DNA from: Phoronis australis
Taxonomy: Eukaryota; Animalia; Phoronida
Length of the DNA stretch: 64,000 nucleotides
Direction: 5' to 3'
NCBI GenBank assembly: GCA_002633005.1
Contig: NMRA01000067.1
Coordinates: 790,440-854,439 of the forward strand
The notes under the pieces are model-generated. The model had not been told where the DNA came from. It did not search any database and saw nothing but the letters and a program-made list of their open reading frames with translations. Of this stretch, positions 1-13,693 are shown piece after piece. Positions within the stretch are counted from its first letter, which is position 1. Each line of letters begins with the position of its first letter. The translations under genes were made by a program, and so were the position numbers.

Positions 1-3000
1 ACAACTGAAACCAACCGCCTGACCATCTATTTCACAGTTGGACAAAGTGAAAAGCAATCCTTCAGCAATAACCTGAGAGAATTGAACGTAATTCAGTAAT
101 TCAGCACCTGATATGCCTGATTATGGACTCCCTCGCAATGTTTCTTTCTGTGCTTTTTCAGTTTGCCATTTGTTTTTAAATACACTGATAATTGTTTATT
201 CTCGAATCTTGTGCATAGCAGCTAGCTACAATTGAAAACATACAATAAGACAATCGATGCAGTCACTGAATGTCATTTCCCCATAATCTGTACCAAATTG
301 AAAAGTTTTTACCAATAGTATAAAGCCTTTCTTCTGAAAGGAAAATTTAATGTCACTCAGCTTTTGGCTTTCATTTCGCTTGTAAAAAAGGTCCAGTTTC
401 AACACGTGGCTTTCTTTCATGTAACCTCATTCAGCCTCAATAACATCCACAATTAGACCCATGAAGATAAACACAGCAGCATATCACTTGAATCGTTTTG
501 AGCCCAAAATCAGACTCTGAACTAGACCAGAGTGTGACTAGGTCTTCTTTAGCTTCGGTCCCTCATGTTTCTTCCAGGAAAGGAAATAAGCTATTGTCCA
601 CACATGACTCATTGCCCATGAAAGGGCATCCTCACCAACAAGGCTTATTTGTGTAGCAGTCAGATATAGTTCGTCTGGATACACAGACACTCCACTGGCA
701 CATTGTCTTATGGTAACTTAGTACTGCGATTCACATTTCTCCTGGGCCACTAACGTGCACATTATGCCATGCAGCACTGCTGGTGTGTGGAAGTGCTGTG
801 GGAAGAGAACGGAGTAACAAAGCTTGTCTATGATACAGCTTGAAGTGGCCTTAAAATGTCACTGAACCTGGAACAAATATTGAAATATGAATAATTAAGT
901 ACTCCAGATTGGATCAAAAATGTTATCCCTGTTTTTCAAAAATATATGGTGATTGGTCTACAGTTTCACATAAAAGTAAATAATTACTATTTTCAGAAAC
1001 CAAGGGTGTATATAATGAGTATTGCATAAAACTGTGTCTTTATTTTTTATCCCTAGCCATAACAATTCTTTAAACGCATCACTTGTCTGTAAAATATACA
1101 AGTTTTTTGAGACAACTTCAAACCTTTGTTACCCATTTTCAAGCCTTTTTAATTTTGATACTTTCAGCAATTTTAAACTCAGATTACAGGTTCATGGGTC
1201 TGTCAAGCATACTTCTAGCCTAAGGTTGAGGGAACCGTTTTTCTTCTAATAGAAGATATGAAGACTTGGGTCATTTAAAAATGATGGATAATCTTTCTGT
1301 TGTTTAAGAGTAATTACAAATCGTAAGGCACCATCAAAAATGCAATTTTCACAAAAATGGCAGTCATTTGAATTTATAACGACTTGCAACATTTCAAGGC
1401 ATGAGTTAAGACTATTCAGTCACTGTGAATTCGGAAAATGTAATATATTTTCGTGGTTTTACAATTGATACAAGTAGCAAAACAGTTTCATGAAATCAAC
1501 TTGAAGGGACTTCGTGAAGGTTAAGAATTACCTCACCATGCTCTTTTCCCCAAACATGTATTACCTGTTATTTCCACACATTCAGTTGTACCAAATATTA
1601 CAACCCCCCATGCCAATCCCCCCTCGGGACCTGAATAAGTAATTTAACAAAATGACTTTAAAAATAGCTGTTCCTTTTCAAAGGCTTTGTTCGTTGTCTC
1701 CAATATTGAAAGTAGGCTTTGACAACAGATCTGCACTGGATGGGAAGATCTTGTTGGTTAGCTGCAGTCAAATGCTAAAAACCAATTTTTGTCCATTCAG
1801 GGACGGTACAGAAGCGATGCATATCTCCTCTGCACGGTACAAGCCTTCAAACCTAAAAACCAAAGGTTACGTGAAAACTGACGTGATAGATTTCCATTTC
1901 AACGTGTAATAGATTTCCAGAAGACATATGATAGGGAGTAAACAAATAGTCTAATGCAATGGATATTTATCACTCACGTACCCTTTGCCATTGGGATTGG
2001 ATTGTATGATCTTAACTCATTAACCTGTATCGAGTTGACAGCATAAACATTCAGCATTGATTGATGTAACTGTCACTGATAAACTTTTAGAAATCATTCC
2101 AAACAATAATAATGCTTTTATGTACGAAAAGATCCAGATTGCTACGTCAAGTATCGTATCACATATCACAACATACAAAGATTAACCAGACTCTGGCTGG
2201 CGACTGACTGCCGCGAAGTCGACATCGGCGAGTGCCTCAGTTAACAGGCATCGGTAGAATAATCATGGAATAATCGTTAAAATAATCACAAACCTTACCT
2301 TTGTATGAGGTCGTGCTTACTTCCTCTCATAGAAGCACCCTTTTAACGCAATCTCAGATTCAGTTGGCACGACTGCAAGCCATTTCACCATGTATTTAAA
2401 GGGCTCGCGAAATCGAGGCTGTTAGTCTATCACCACTAGTACACGCACGCCCTCTAGTTATTGTAGATTTTCCGAATAGCCCCATTGGCATGCTTTCAGT
2501 GGCAGTGATAGAACAGGCATGATCTTCAATGCTTAGCCAAACCCTCCCTCCCCCATCATCATGAAGAATAAAATAAGTAAAATGATGTTATTATTTTTGA
2601 ATAGATATGCTTTTGACAAATCTTATTAGTTGCTGGTTTCAGGGAGACAAATATTATTGGCTACAAATGTTCTGTTCTTACTTATAAAGCTTGAGGTCCT
2701 TTCCTTTATAAGGAGTTTTGTCGACTGTGAGCCAATCGTTGCCTCTGACATTATTTATTAAATAATTAAAGTTAGTACCGACATGCCATTGTCTTGTGGA
2801 ATAAAATCAATAACCTCAGTATGAAAACCATTAATGTCATTGCAAACGAGACAATTTTATGAAAACCCAGGCTTGCATTTAAGAAAGGGTCATTCATAAA
2901 CCATGCAGAATTAAAGTTTTAAAAATAACATGATTTTTATGTGTATAGTCATGACCCGTGTCATTATATGAGAAGAAATTCATTGTCATTGTAAACAGCA

Positions 3001-3254
3001 GACACTGGTTCTTCGCGGTCCAAACAAGAGCAACACAGTGCGTTGAAATGCGCCCACGAATGCATCGCAAATGATGTGCTTTTGGGTTGTTTATTTTATT
3101 TGTATCATAAAGATGGCCATTAGATAGCGCAAAAACGTTCAATTCATTCAAAAACAGGAACATGCCATTGCTACTTTAATAGAATGATATTTACCAAATT
3201 TCATAAAAATCTTTCAAGCAACTTCAAAGAAACACAAGGGAAACGGAATAAAAT

Positions 3255-4120
3255 GAAATTGCCACAGCGTTTGCCGGATCCGCCGGAAAGTCGTCATCAT
3301 CTGTTGTTAGCTTCATTACACTTACAAAATTTAGTAAAGATCCTACAGTGGGTTTAGTAGATACAGCTATGGGCTCAAAAAAAGAACAAAACTACTACTA
3401 GGAGGCGCCACAGTAATCAAAGTCGTCATCGTCAACCATCCTCTCTATCCCAAAAACACATACGCCAATTTTCAAAACCATCCTTAGAATGGTTTGGTTG
3501 ATGAAAGGGTCGGGACGCCAAAAACCACACTCTAAAACAGCAAAAATGGCCACTAGGTGGCAAAAATACCTCAATTCCATCAATAGATGCCTATATTCAG
3601 AATTTTCTGAAAATCTGTTGAGGAACTTTGAAGATACTGAGGTAAACGTAAAAAAACTAAAATTGCCACTAGGGGACACACAGGTTGTCAGATCCGTCAG
3701 AAAGTCGTCGTCATCGTCCGTTGTCAGTAGCATGTAAATACACTTGCTAAATTTAGTAAAAATTCTGCAAGCAATTTAGGAAATACAGCCTTGGGCGTAA
3801 AAACATAACTACCACTAGGAGGCGCTACAGTAACCAAAGTCACTGGAAAATCGTCATCGGCCCTCCTTTTCATAGTAAAAACATATATGCCAATTTTCAC
3901 TATCATCCTTAGAGCAGTTCTGTTGGTACACGGGTGGACGTCAAAAACGGACTCGAAAATAGTAAAAATGGCCACTAGGAGGCGCAAACTATGTCGAATC
4001 CATCCGAAAACGAGGGAATAGTGTCAACTCAGTAATAGATGCTTATATGACGAATTTTAGGAAAATAAATTGAGGAGCATTGAAGATACAGACGTAAATG
4101 TAAAAAAATAAAATTGCTAA
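3255..4120. repeat. Diverged tandem duplication (two units of about 420 bp) carrying repeated CCACTAGGWGGCGC motifs; probably inside a non-autonomous DNA element
   Basis: Paired blocks: aaatttagtaaa..atacagc..actaggaggcgc.acagtaa.caaagtc at 3327-3423 and 3749-3841; aatagatgc..gaatttt..ttgagg..tgaagatac..gtaaa at 3582-3650 and 4034-4105. Confidence 0.75.
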
Positions 4121-5419
4121 TACTGAGTACCATGATAAACAATTCTGAGCTGGTGACCCGACACCCTCTGGCTGATTTCATGTGGAATGACGCTACAGTA
4201 GTTTTTCCGTGTTTGCTAACGTCTGAACTATTTTCTGATAAAGCTCCACTTACATAGTTAAGTCATAAATTCTACAATGTACAGGTCCCTCAGTAACTTG
4301 CAACACCAGGGGCAAAACCTGGCCGACCAGGTTGCTGAGGGCGAGACGAGAGATTATCAAAGTTGCATGTATCTGTGCCGGCAAAAGGTAAATTTCTTCC
4401 TATGGACTTGAGTAATCTGTACATGTGGTTTCTCACCTTGTAAAATGATGGGTCTGTTGCCACCGCTGAAGATGCTTCAGCAAAAGCATCATCAAAGTTC
4501 ATGAGTAACAGCAATATCTCAGAAAGCTCAACAGAACAAACAGCAGACATTCGACGAGAATGTTCTTGCTGAAAAGGGTCATGATGTTGTAAAATAAATC
4601 GTTTTGAAGTTTCTTTAGCTGATACCATACAATTAATTGCACCAACAAGGTTCCCTTTCCGTTTACTATCCAGGCCGACAGCCATCCAAAAGTTAATATT
4701 AATCATTAAACTCAAAGAAAAATAGAAGTTTCAACACCCGGCAATCAAATCAATCATGAGGATTTGTATAAACAATTAAATACATCATTTGTGAGTACCT
4801 ATGATTTCTTTGGAATTTGCGCAACATGGTTTCAATAACTTGGCATTTAAGAGCTAGCATTTTGAAATATTGCAAGTGATCTTCACAGTTTGTTTCTTGA
4901 TGTACCTTTGTATTTGAATGTGTGTTAGCTGCGCGACAGTGTCTTCACTCAGGACACATGTAACAGAGCCCATGCTGAACATTCACGACGCCCCCGGCCT
5001 GTGGGGTGTGTTTCAAGATTTTGGTGATGATCTAGGAACTCGGTTTACCAATGAGCGATGTCATCGGTTTGACAGTTGTAGCAAGGGAAGAAAGTCAGGC
5101 AAACCAATGTTTCCAAACAATGCTGTGAGGAAGATGTGTTTTTATGAATTTTCAACACCAAACAACTTAGAGTAGAGACAGACAAATTAGACATAACTTT
5201 CACCAGGCCTGTTGTTTTTCATTCTCTTTTCACTAAGCCGTGTTCTATTACGGTTGCTATAGGTACACGATTACAGGCTCTGCTTGCAGCGGGCTGATCT
5301 GTCTTGACTTCATTTGCATATGAGGAACATTGGTGAATGTTCATGTATAGTGTCTTGTGTGAGTGTGTGCGTGATTGTTTCAGGGGGAGCTATTCAAATT
5401 TTCTCTATGTATATTGATC

Positions 5420-8400
5420 ATGGCTAGCGTACGTTTGTTTTCAATGAACTGCAGGGGCCTTCAAAGTCTTTCCAAACGCAGAGATGTTTTTAATTTTTTA
5501 CATAATAAACAATTTTCTATATACTGTTTACAGGACACGCACTTTGTACCAACCGATGAACCTGTTGTAAAAGCAATGTGGGGCGGTGATGTGATAATGC
5601 GCTGTGATACAAGTAATTCCCGAGGTGTATGCATACTGTTCAAAAACAATTTTGGGTACGAACTAACAGATATTGCAGGTGACGAAGAGGGTAATCTTTT
5701 GATCGTAAATGTTATCATTGAAAAAACATTCTTGGTCACATTGATTAATATTTACGGTCCCAATAATGACAATCCAATTTTTTATAAGGAGATTCAGCGC
5801 CACCTAGATAATTCTGATGGAACGCCTGTTGTTTTATGTGGGGACTGGAACCTCGTCCAGACTTTTGAATTGGATTGCGTCAATTATGAACGCATTAATA
5901 ATCTAAACGCCAGACGCAAGGTTCTNNNNNNNNNNNNNNNNNNNNNNNNNNNNNNAATTAGATGTTGCATTAAATGTTCTCAGCAATTCAACATTTTGAA
6001 TGCAATTAATTTTCTACACTGAAAAGTATGAGATAACTATTAAGATTGCCTTTATTGACTCTTGAGGTTGTCTTTGATTTTTTGTCCACTTTCGTTCATT
6101 TTTTGTTAATTTTTTGTTCATTTTTTGTTTTTAGACCTGGGGCCCGTTCCAAGAAGCTGACTTAAGTTCATTTTTGACTTAAGTCTAAGATTTGTCTTCT
6201 CTTCCATTCTTTGAAACTTCCAAATCCGGTCAAATAGTTAAAATGAAGATGAAAGTTTTATCAAAAACTTAATTCAAACTTAAGATCTCTTTCTAAAAAC
6301 AGTCTCGAGACAAATTTAAGTTTTATCTAAAAATTTACTAAAATTTAAGATTTGTCTTAGCTAAGTCAATTTTGTTGGAACGGGCACCTGCTCACTTTGT
6401 AAAACTTTAATTTATGTCTCATTTCTTGTGATCTTGAACTTTTGTAGGTAAAATCGGAACGCAAGTGATTGTTCCGCATAGATCAGATCCCTACTTTGTC
6501 CAGCGACTAAAACTGGCTGGGGACCTGGGCCAAATCTTGTTTTATGTAAGTTTACAAGTAATATGTTTTTGATTGAGAATAGAAACAATAGTAAAATAAT
6601 GTTTTATCCCATAAAGGCCACAGAGTTGGGCACTAGTATTTGAAACTAGCACGATGCCATTACATCAAATTTAAATTAATGTAAATTAATTCCTATGCTT
6701 TTCCAGACACTGATGAAATCTGTTAAACCATGCGTGCACCCAGCATTTAATATGCGGGGGGGTCTTGAATCTCTTACAAAGTTGCTAACAAAAACAGGGC
6801 GTGATCACTATTATTCCAAAAGGTAAAAAGCCGCGTGAATTCTTGAGCAATTGGCGCCCCATTTCTCTCTTAAATACAAGTTATAAAGTTTTATCAGGTT
6901 GTGTTGCACATCGTATTAAAAGCGTCATTACCAAAATCATTCATGAAAATCAGAAAGGCTTTATCAAGGGAAGGTTTATTGGTGAAAATATTAGAACCAN
7001 GTTTATTGGTGAAAATATAAGAACCATCTACGACATTTTAAATTGCTCAGAAGAATATGACATACCCGGTCTGATAGTTCAAATTGACTTTGAGAAAGCC
7101 TTCGATTCCATTTCGTGGAAAATGATCTACAAAACCCTATCTTTTTTCAACTTTGGTAAAAACCTCATTGATTGGGTGCGCTAACTAAATTCAAACGCTA
7201 CACTATGTGTGATCCAGCACGGCATAACTTCAGAATACTTCAAAATTGGTCGCGGATGTAAACAAGGTGATCCTGTGTCCCCCTATCTTTTTATCATTTG
7301 TGTTGAAATAATGGCCATCATGTTTCGTGAAAATAAAAATATAAAAGGTATTGGCATCCCAGATGTCAACGACCTTAAGCTTCTGCAATATGCAGATGAC
7401 ACGGTTTTGTTTTAGATGGTACAACAGAATCCTTAAAATACTCGCTTGATCTCCTGGACCAATTTCACAAATTCTCTGGTCTGAGACCAAATGTAGAAAA
7501 AACTCATTGTATTTGGATTGGTCGGATGAGGGGAAGTGAATTGCGTTTGTGTCCAGAATTAAATTTATCTTGGCAAAAACAAAAATTCTCAATTCTGGGA
7601 GTCACATTTAGCACAAATTTATCAGAAATTCCAGACTTAAATTACAATGTCAAAATACAAGAGATTTACAGAGATTTGACTTGTTGGTCCAGGAGATCGC
7701 TCACTACGCTAGCAAAAGTAACCGTAGTTAAATCGTTTGTTTTGCCTAAATTAACGCACCTCCTGTTGTCATTACCTTCTCCATCAGACAAAGTTGTTGA
7801 CTCTTTAGAAAAACATTTTTTTAAATTTATTTGGCAAAACAAAAATGACAGGATAGCTAGAAATATTATGATCCAAGTTTTTTCCAATGGAGGCTGTAAA
7901 ATGGTCCATTTAAAAAGTTATATTAAATCGTTAAAATTTACATGGTTCGTGAGACTTGTGATGGCCAATCAGTCTTCCAGGAAATTGATTGTTATGAAAA
8001 ACCGCTTTTTAGCTGGAAAAAACCTTCTTCATGTTGGGGCCAAATTTTATAGTCAATGCCCGGGAATTTTTAAGAATGTCTTTTGGAAAGAAGTGTTTTT
8101 GGTTGTTGGGGAAGTACTCTCTAGCATCTCAGATTATCACATTAAAGAGGAATTTTATTATGAACCACTATGGTATAATGAACATATTTTGATTGATAAA
8201 AAGTCTGTTTTCTACAGTGACTGGTATAAAAGAGGGATAATTTTTATCCACGATTTGTTGAACCATAATGGTTATTTTATGTCTTACCAGTGTTTTTGTG
8301 AAAGATACGGGTTTTCTCCATCATTTACATCTTTTTGGGGTATTCGAAGTGCAATTCGTCAAACTATTCGTCATTCTCAAATTTGGTCATGTAGTGAAAT

Positions 8401-9870
8401 TGAGATAACCTTGCCTTTTTGCACAACATTTAATTCCATTCTTATATCGAGACAAAAAGNNNNNNNNNNNNNNNNNNNNNNNNNNNNNNNNNNNNNNNNN
8501 NNNNNNNNNNNNNNNNNNNNNNNNNNNNNNNNNNNNNNNNNNNNNNNNNNNNNNNNNNNNNNNNNNNNNNNNNNNNNNNNNNNNNNNNNNNNNNNNNNNN
8601 NNNNNNNNNNNNNNNNNNNNNNNNNNNNNNNNNNNNNNNNNNNNNNNNNNNNNNNNNNNNNNNNNNNNNNNNNNNNNNNNNNNNNNNNNNNNNNNNNNNN
8701 NNNNNNNNNNNNNNNNNNNNNNNNNNNNNNNNNNNNNNNNNNNNNNNNNNNNNNNNNNNNNNNNNNNNNNNNNNNNNNNNNNNNNNNNNNNNNNNNNNNN
8801 NNNNNNNNNNNNNNNNNNNNNNNNNNNNNNNNNNNNNNNNNNNNNNNNNNNNNNNNNNNNNNNNNNNNNNNNNNNNNNNNNNNNNNNNNNNNNNNNNNNN
8901 NNNNNNNNNNNNNNNNNNNNNNNNNNNNNNNNNNNNNNNNNNNNNNNNNNNNNNNNNNNNNNNNNNNNNNNNNNNNNNNNNNNNNNNNNNNNNNNNNNNN
9001 NNNNNNNNNNNNNNNNNNNNNNNNNNNNNNNNNNNNNNNNNNNNNNNNNNNNNNNNNNNNNNNNNNNNNNNNNNNNNNNNNNNNNNNNNNNNNNNNNNNN
9101 NNNNNNNNNNNNNNNNNNNNNNNNNNNNNNNNNNNNNNNNNNNNNNNNNNNNNNNNNNNNNNNNNNNNNNNNNNNNNNNNNNNNNNNNNNNNNNNNNNNN
9201 NNNNNNNNNNNNNNNNNNNNNNNNNNNNNNNNNNNNNNNNNNNNNNNNNNNNNNNNNNNNNNNNNNNNNNNNNNNNNNNNNNNNNNNNNNNNNNNNNNNN
9301 NNNNNNNNNNNNNNNNNNNNNNNNNNNNNNNNNNNNNNNNNNNNNNNNNNNNNNNNNNNNNNNNNNNNNNNNTCAGATAGTTGTACTTTTTGTAATTCTC
9401 ATTCTGAAGACCTTTTTCACTTGTATTGGTCTTGTTTACGTGTCCAAAGTTTTTGGAAAACTGTTGAAAACTGGATAAAAAACCTCTGCGGAATTGATAT
9501 GAAACTTGATCATTTTGATGTAATTTTTGGCTCCTTTAATGGACCAAAAATCATAAATCTACTTTTATGTTTAGGCAAGTACCACATACACAAGCAAAGA
9601 CTTCTGAATGTAGAACCATGTTTTGCACTTTTTACACATTTTGTTTTTGATTACTACAAAGTAGAAAAGGTTATGTACTATAACCAGTGCAGGTATCTTG
9701 ACTTCGAGGAACGATGGGCCCCTCTAGAACCTTTATTTTAATTTATACTACATACAACCAATGGCCCCCCTGTGTATGAATGTGAGCGTGACTGTGTGCG
9801 TGAATGTTTATACTGTTTGGCTTTATTGTATTTGCATTACGATAACAATAAAACTTTTTGACAAAAAAAT
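5420..9870 (+). mobile_element. L1/Tx1-clade LINE, ORF2 pseudogene (APE endonuclease, RT, C-terminal zinc knuckle, poly(A)); interrupted by N gaps and about 830 bp of non-LINE sequence (5956-6790)
   Basis: MASVRLFSMNCRGL, LQDTH, NIYGPN, GDWN (endonuclease); NWRPISLLN, DFEKAFDS, RGCKQGDPVSPYLF, QYADDT (RT); stop at 7184 and a frameshift near 7415; AATAAA then A-tail near 9848-9869. Confidence 0.93.
6140..6387. mobile_element. PIF/Harbinger-type MITE
   Basis: TIRs GGGCCCGTTCCAAGAAGCTGACTTA / TAAGTCAATTTTGTTGGAACGGGCAC; CTG on both sides (6137-6139, 6388-6390). Confidence 0.8.
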
Positions 9871-10077
9871 AGTTTTACATCTTATTCTGTTACCGCCTTC
9901 TTGGTGTGAATCAATGTGTTCACCAATTTAACTCACCTTTGGAAATTTAAAAGTTAATATTTGCTGTTCGAAGCGTCTCTGAAGCTACTGTTTTTTATCT
10001 TCATTGTTTTTGTTTAATATTTCCTTAGTTTGTTGTTAATATTTCTAGCCAAGTTGATATTCAGTGTCATTTCTTAN

Positions 10078-10598
10078 TACGTTTTTGAGTAAGATTGGTG
10101 TTAGAAATTCAGATAGTTGTACTTTTTGTAATTGTCATTCTGAAGACCTTTTTCACTTGTATTGGTCTTGTTTACGTGTCCAAAGTTTTTGGAAAACTGT
10201 TGAAAACTGGATGAAGAACCTCTGCGGAATTGATATGAAACTTGATCATTTTGACGTAATTTTTGGCTCCTTTAATGGACCAAAAATCATAAATCTACGT
10301 TTATGTTTAGGCAAGTACCACATACACAAGCAAAGACTTCAGAATGTAGAACCGTGTTTTGCACTTTTTAAACATTTTGTTTTTGATTACTACAAAGTAG
10401 AAAAGGTTATGTACTATAACCAGTGCAGGTATCTCGACTTCGAGGAACGATGGGCCCCTCTAGCACCTTTATTTTAATTTATACTAGATACAACCAATGG
10501 CCCCCCTGTGTATGAATGTGAGCGTGACTGTGTGCGTGAATGTTTATACTGTTTGTATTTGCATTACGATAACAATAAAATGTTTGCCAAAAAAAAAC
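10078..10598 (+). mobile_element. Second copy of the same L1/Tx1 3' end
   Basis: Near-identical to 9373-9870; CTFCNCHSEDLFHLYWSC knuckle; A-tail at about 10589-10598; begins after a single N and has a different 3' flank. Confidence 0.9.
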
Positions 10599-12491
10599 TT
10601 TCACCAGTCAACACAATGGACTGTCAAGCTTTGTAGAAAATGCTTCATCCAGTGTGAGATCCAGATATATTTCTTGGTTTTAGCAGTCCAGGGGAATGGT
10701 ACAGTAAATGCACTACTGTGATTGATGTTGGAAAACAACACATGCATATCACTACGTGAGTCTACGACACTGCCACAGGTAAATGACATAATTATTCCTG
10801 CTTCTAATTTACCGTCTCAAATATTTTGTGAGCGATCATCCTCATGTTATGATATGAAGTTTTACCTGATATTTACAGAATGAAAGGATGTATGCATGGG
10901 TGGAAGCATGTATTCTGCACTGTTCCAATAATCAAGTCAGCTAAGTTACGCACCCGTGTTGAGGGATGAGTATCCCGACTTCATTTATTGGCTAAATGTG
11001 TCGTTACGGGGATATAGCAANGCTTCTAATTTACCGTCTCAAATATTTTGTGAGCGATCATCCTCATGTTATGATGTGAAGTTTTACCTGATATTTACAG
11101 AATGAAAGGATGTATGCATGGGTGGAAGCATGTATTCTGCACTGTTCCAATAATCAAGTCAGCTAAGTTGGCTATCATTCTGTGACAATGCTTTTTTCAT
11201 TGACTCACGAACTGCTACATGTATACTGACATGATATCAATCAATGCGGTCTGTTGTTGAGCGTTCCCTGCAGTCTTTTGCCTGGCATCTCTCATGCCGA
11301 TACACAATTAAGCCATCTGTTGCTTGCGTTCAAAACTTTACAAAATGTTGTTTATATGACAGCTGTATTAACTGAATGTGCCAAAAGCAAAGTTAATTTC
11401 CTGGAAGTTATTTTGGTTGACAATGTACTGCACATTGTCTCTAAAATTGAAGAATTTTACAGTGAAAAACGTCCCCCTTCTAAAAAAGCACGTCTCGTAT
11501 ACCTCAGTACCCCCGCCTAGGAAGAATCAGATTGCTGAGGTCATGATTTCTTTAACAGACTTTGTGAATACAAAATCTTTCCAGTGGTAATAGTATTTTA
11601 TTACTATTTACTAATCTATCACATTTTTGTACGACTGCGTCTATAGTCATAATGACCTATTTACACCGACTTCTGAGTTTCTGAATTTTTAATTTTATAA
11701 AACTATGGCAAGAAGAGTGAAGCTATTTAAATAAGCATTCCCTTGAATTACAAAAACAAATTGACTGCACCCATTTTGATAATCTCTAATGGTATGGAAG
11801 CTTAAAAAATGGTAAAAAATGCTTTGATTTGAATAAAAAAATAAGACTACCGCTAATTTCGTTACGCACCCGTGTTGAGGGATGAGTATCCCGACTTCAT
11901 TTATTGGCTAAATGTGTCGTTACGGGGATATAGCAAGGGAAGAAAGCATTGAACCAACGTTTACAGTCCAGGATTGTCACGCAACCCAGCAGTGTGTTGT
12001 AAACAGCGCGCCTGATGCTAAATAATATTTAAAAAATACTGTTTCTAAATGTCTTTCAAGAAATGTTGTGAAGAAGATGCATTGTTTATGAAATGCTATC
12101 ACCAAAAAACTTCGAACAGAGAAAAATTGTTTGATCTAAAAGTGTGTTATGTTTGTAGAAACATTTTTCAAATAAAAATTTTTAAAACTAACAACCTCAT
12201 GTCTTTCTTTTGTCATTGGCAATCAGACTCACATCATTGTGATTTTTAGGCAGGGAATTTTAAATTCAAATTTGCCAACAGTTTAGCTGTTATTGCTGTA
12301 CTTAATTTCGATATTAACCTTTATCTCTAAGTGAAAAGTAGATGTCTAGTTGTCTTGGTTATGATTGATGAAAACTTTGACAACATATCGTATCTCGAAA
12401 ACAGCTAATCCGACTCAAACAAAACAGACACCATGCTATCAATGTTGTTCTCTAGACTGATTTTTAAACGAGCTTGTTTTTGAGGCCTTAA

Positions 12492-12655
12492 CAGGGGCGG
12501 ATCCAGGATTTTAAGTTAGAGGGGGCCAGGGCAGAGTATTAGCCAGGATTTTGCCCATCACACATTCACACCCCCCAAATGCCAAATGGAATCTGGGACA
12601 ACTTCAGGGGGCCATGGTCCCCATGCCTTCCCCCCAATCAGCCATGAATGCACTG
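12492..12655. mobile_element. hAT-type G-rich MITE family (CAG(G/T)GGCGGAT.. termini)
   Basis: The body is the reverse complement of 21688-21812. Related ends occur at about 15442, 47214, 56860 and 61938-62150. Confidence 0.65.
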
Positions 12656-13020
12656 TTTAACAACTTTTATGAAAATATCAATTTTCGAACATCTTAAAAG
12701 CTACATACTTAAAGTAAAAAAGATATTTTGGAAAATTGATTTTGAGATTTGTTCATGAATGTTTATGTGAACTGAAATTTGGCCATGCTGATAATGCTTT
12801 AGCTTTCCTGAAATATTGTTTCTTTGCTAAATTTTAGTAAATAGAGAAAAGATGGTCATGTGAAGACCGATTTGTGCTAAGTAGAACATTATATACCAAA
12901 TCTTTCTAGTTTCAGAAAATATATACCAATTCTGATTGCTCAGTCTGGAATTTTGCAACACCTGCTTTTTATTCACTAGAAGTTATCACAATGCTTTTAC
13001 CCTTTTAGTTAGTATGCATT

Positions 13021-13645
13021 TGTAACGGGGGCGGTATCTACGACAAAGGCGCCCCGATTTTACGAGCCCAGTGCGGACTGAGGGTGATATTGAAAACTTA
13101 AAGTTGGTGAATAATACATAGGTTTATTGTAAGAATATATAACTACAATATTCCACACTTACAAGCAATCCAGTTGTTCCATGATTTAGTATCGCAGCGT
13201 TGTGATTTACACAGTTCTGATGTCGATACACGGGCAAGCCAGTCGCTGATTAATAGTTGTGTGTGCAAGAACGGGGCAATTTGGTTATTCAGATCCGAAA
13301 AGTGAGATGCAATCAAGCTCGGGAGGAGCCCGAGAATTGCTGGGGCTAAACTGTTGGCAACCAAGTTCGGGAGGAGCCCGAAAGCTGCACAAACAGTTGC
13401 AATTTGGAGTGAGTGAAGGTGTGTTTGCTTCTTGAACTCTGCGACTGGACTCCTCGTGTCTGACATAGACAAAGCTTAAGTACACAATTTCAACCAATCA
13501 GACACGATCTGAAGGGCAAGGCCCACAGCTCCTAGCTTCTGACCATATTTGGCCATGTCCAAAGGACTCAACATCATAGGAAAATTCCATACGTGATACA
13601 CAGCTTGACCACTAGAGGGCGCATGTTCAGGGCACTCCTGTTACA
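13021..13645 (-). mobile_element. Solo LTR (Ty3/Gypsy-like)
   Basis: TGTAAC...GTTACA termini; 4-bp TSD CATT (13017-13020, 13646-13649); AATAAA on the minus strand near 13123. Confidence 0.88.
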
Positions 13646-13693
13646 CATTGTTCAGCTATTGGCGATCTAATTCACTGTGACCAAACAATAATT

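Noticed and set aside
3255-4120. CRISPR-like array of short repeated motifs
   Set aside because: Eukaryotic context, spacers homologous to each other, irregular spacing and no cas genes.
4290-4715. 141-aa minus-strand ORF
   Set aside because: No recognisable motif; non-ATG start; possibly very old transposase debris.
5956-6790. Intron-like insertion within L1 ORF2
   Set aside because: Starts at an N gap and a large part of ORF2 is missing; more likely a scaffold misjoin or two separate L1 pieces.
6974-7026. 26-bp direct repeat inside the L1 RT
   Set aside because: Separated by a single N; contig overlap artefact.
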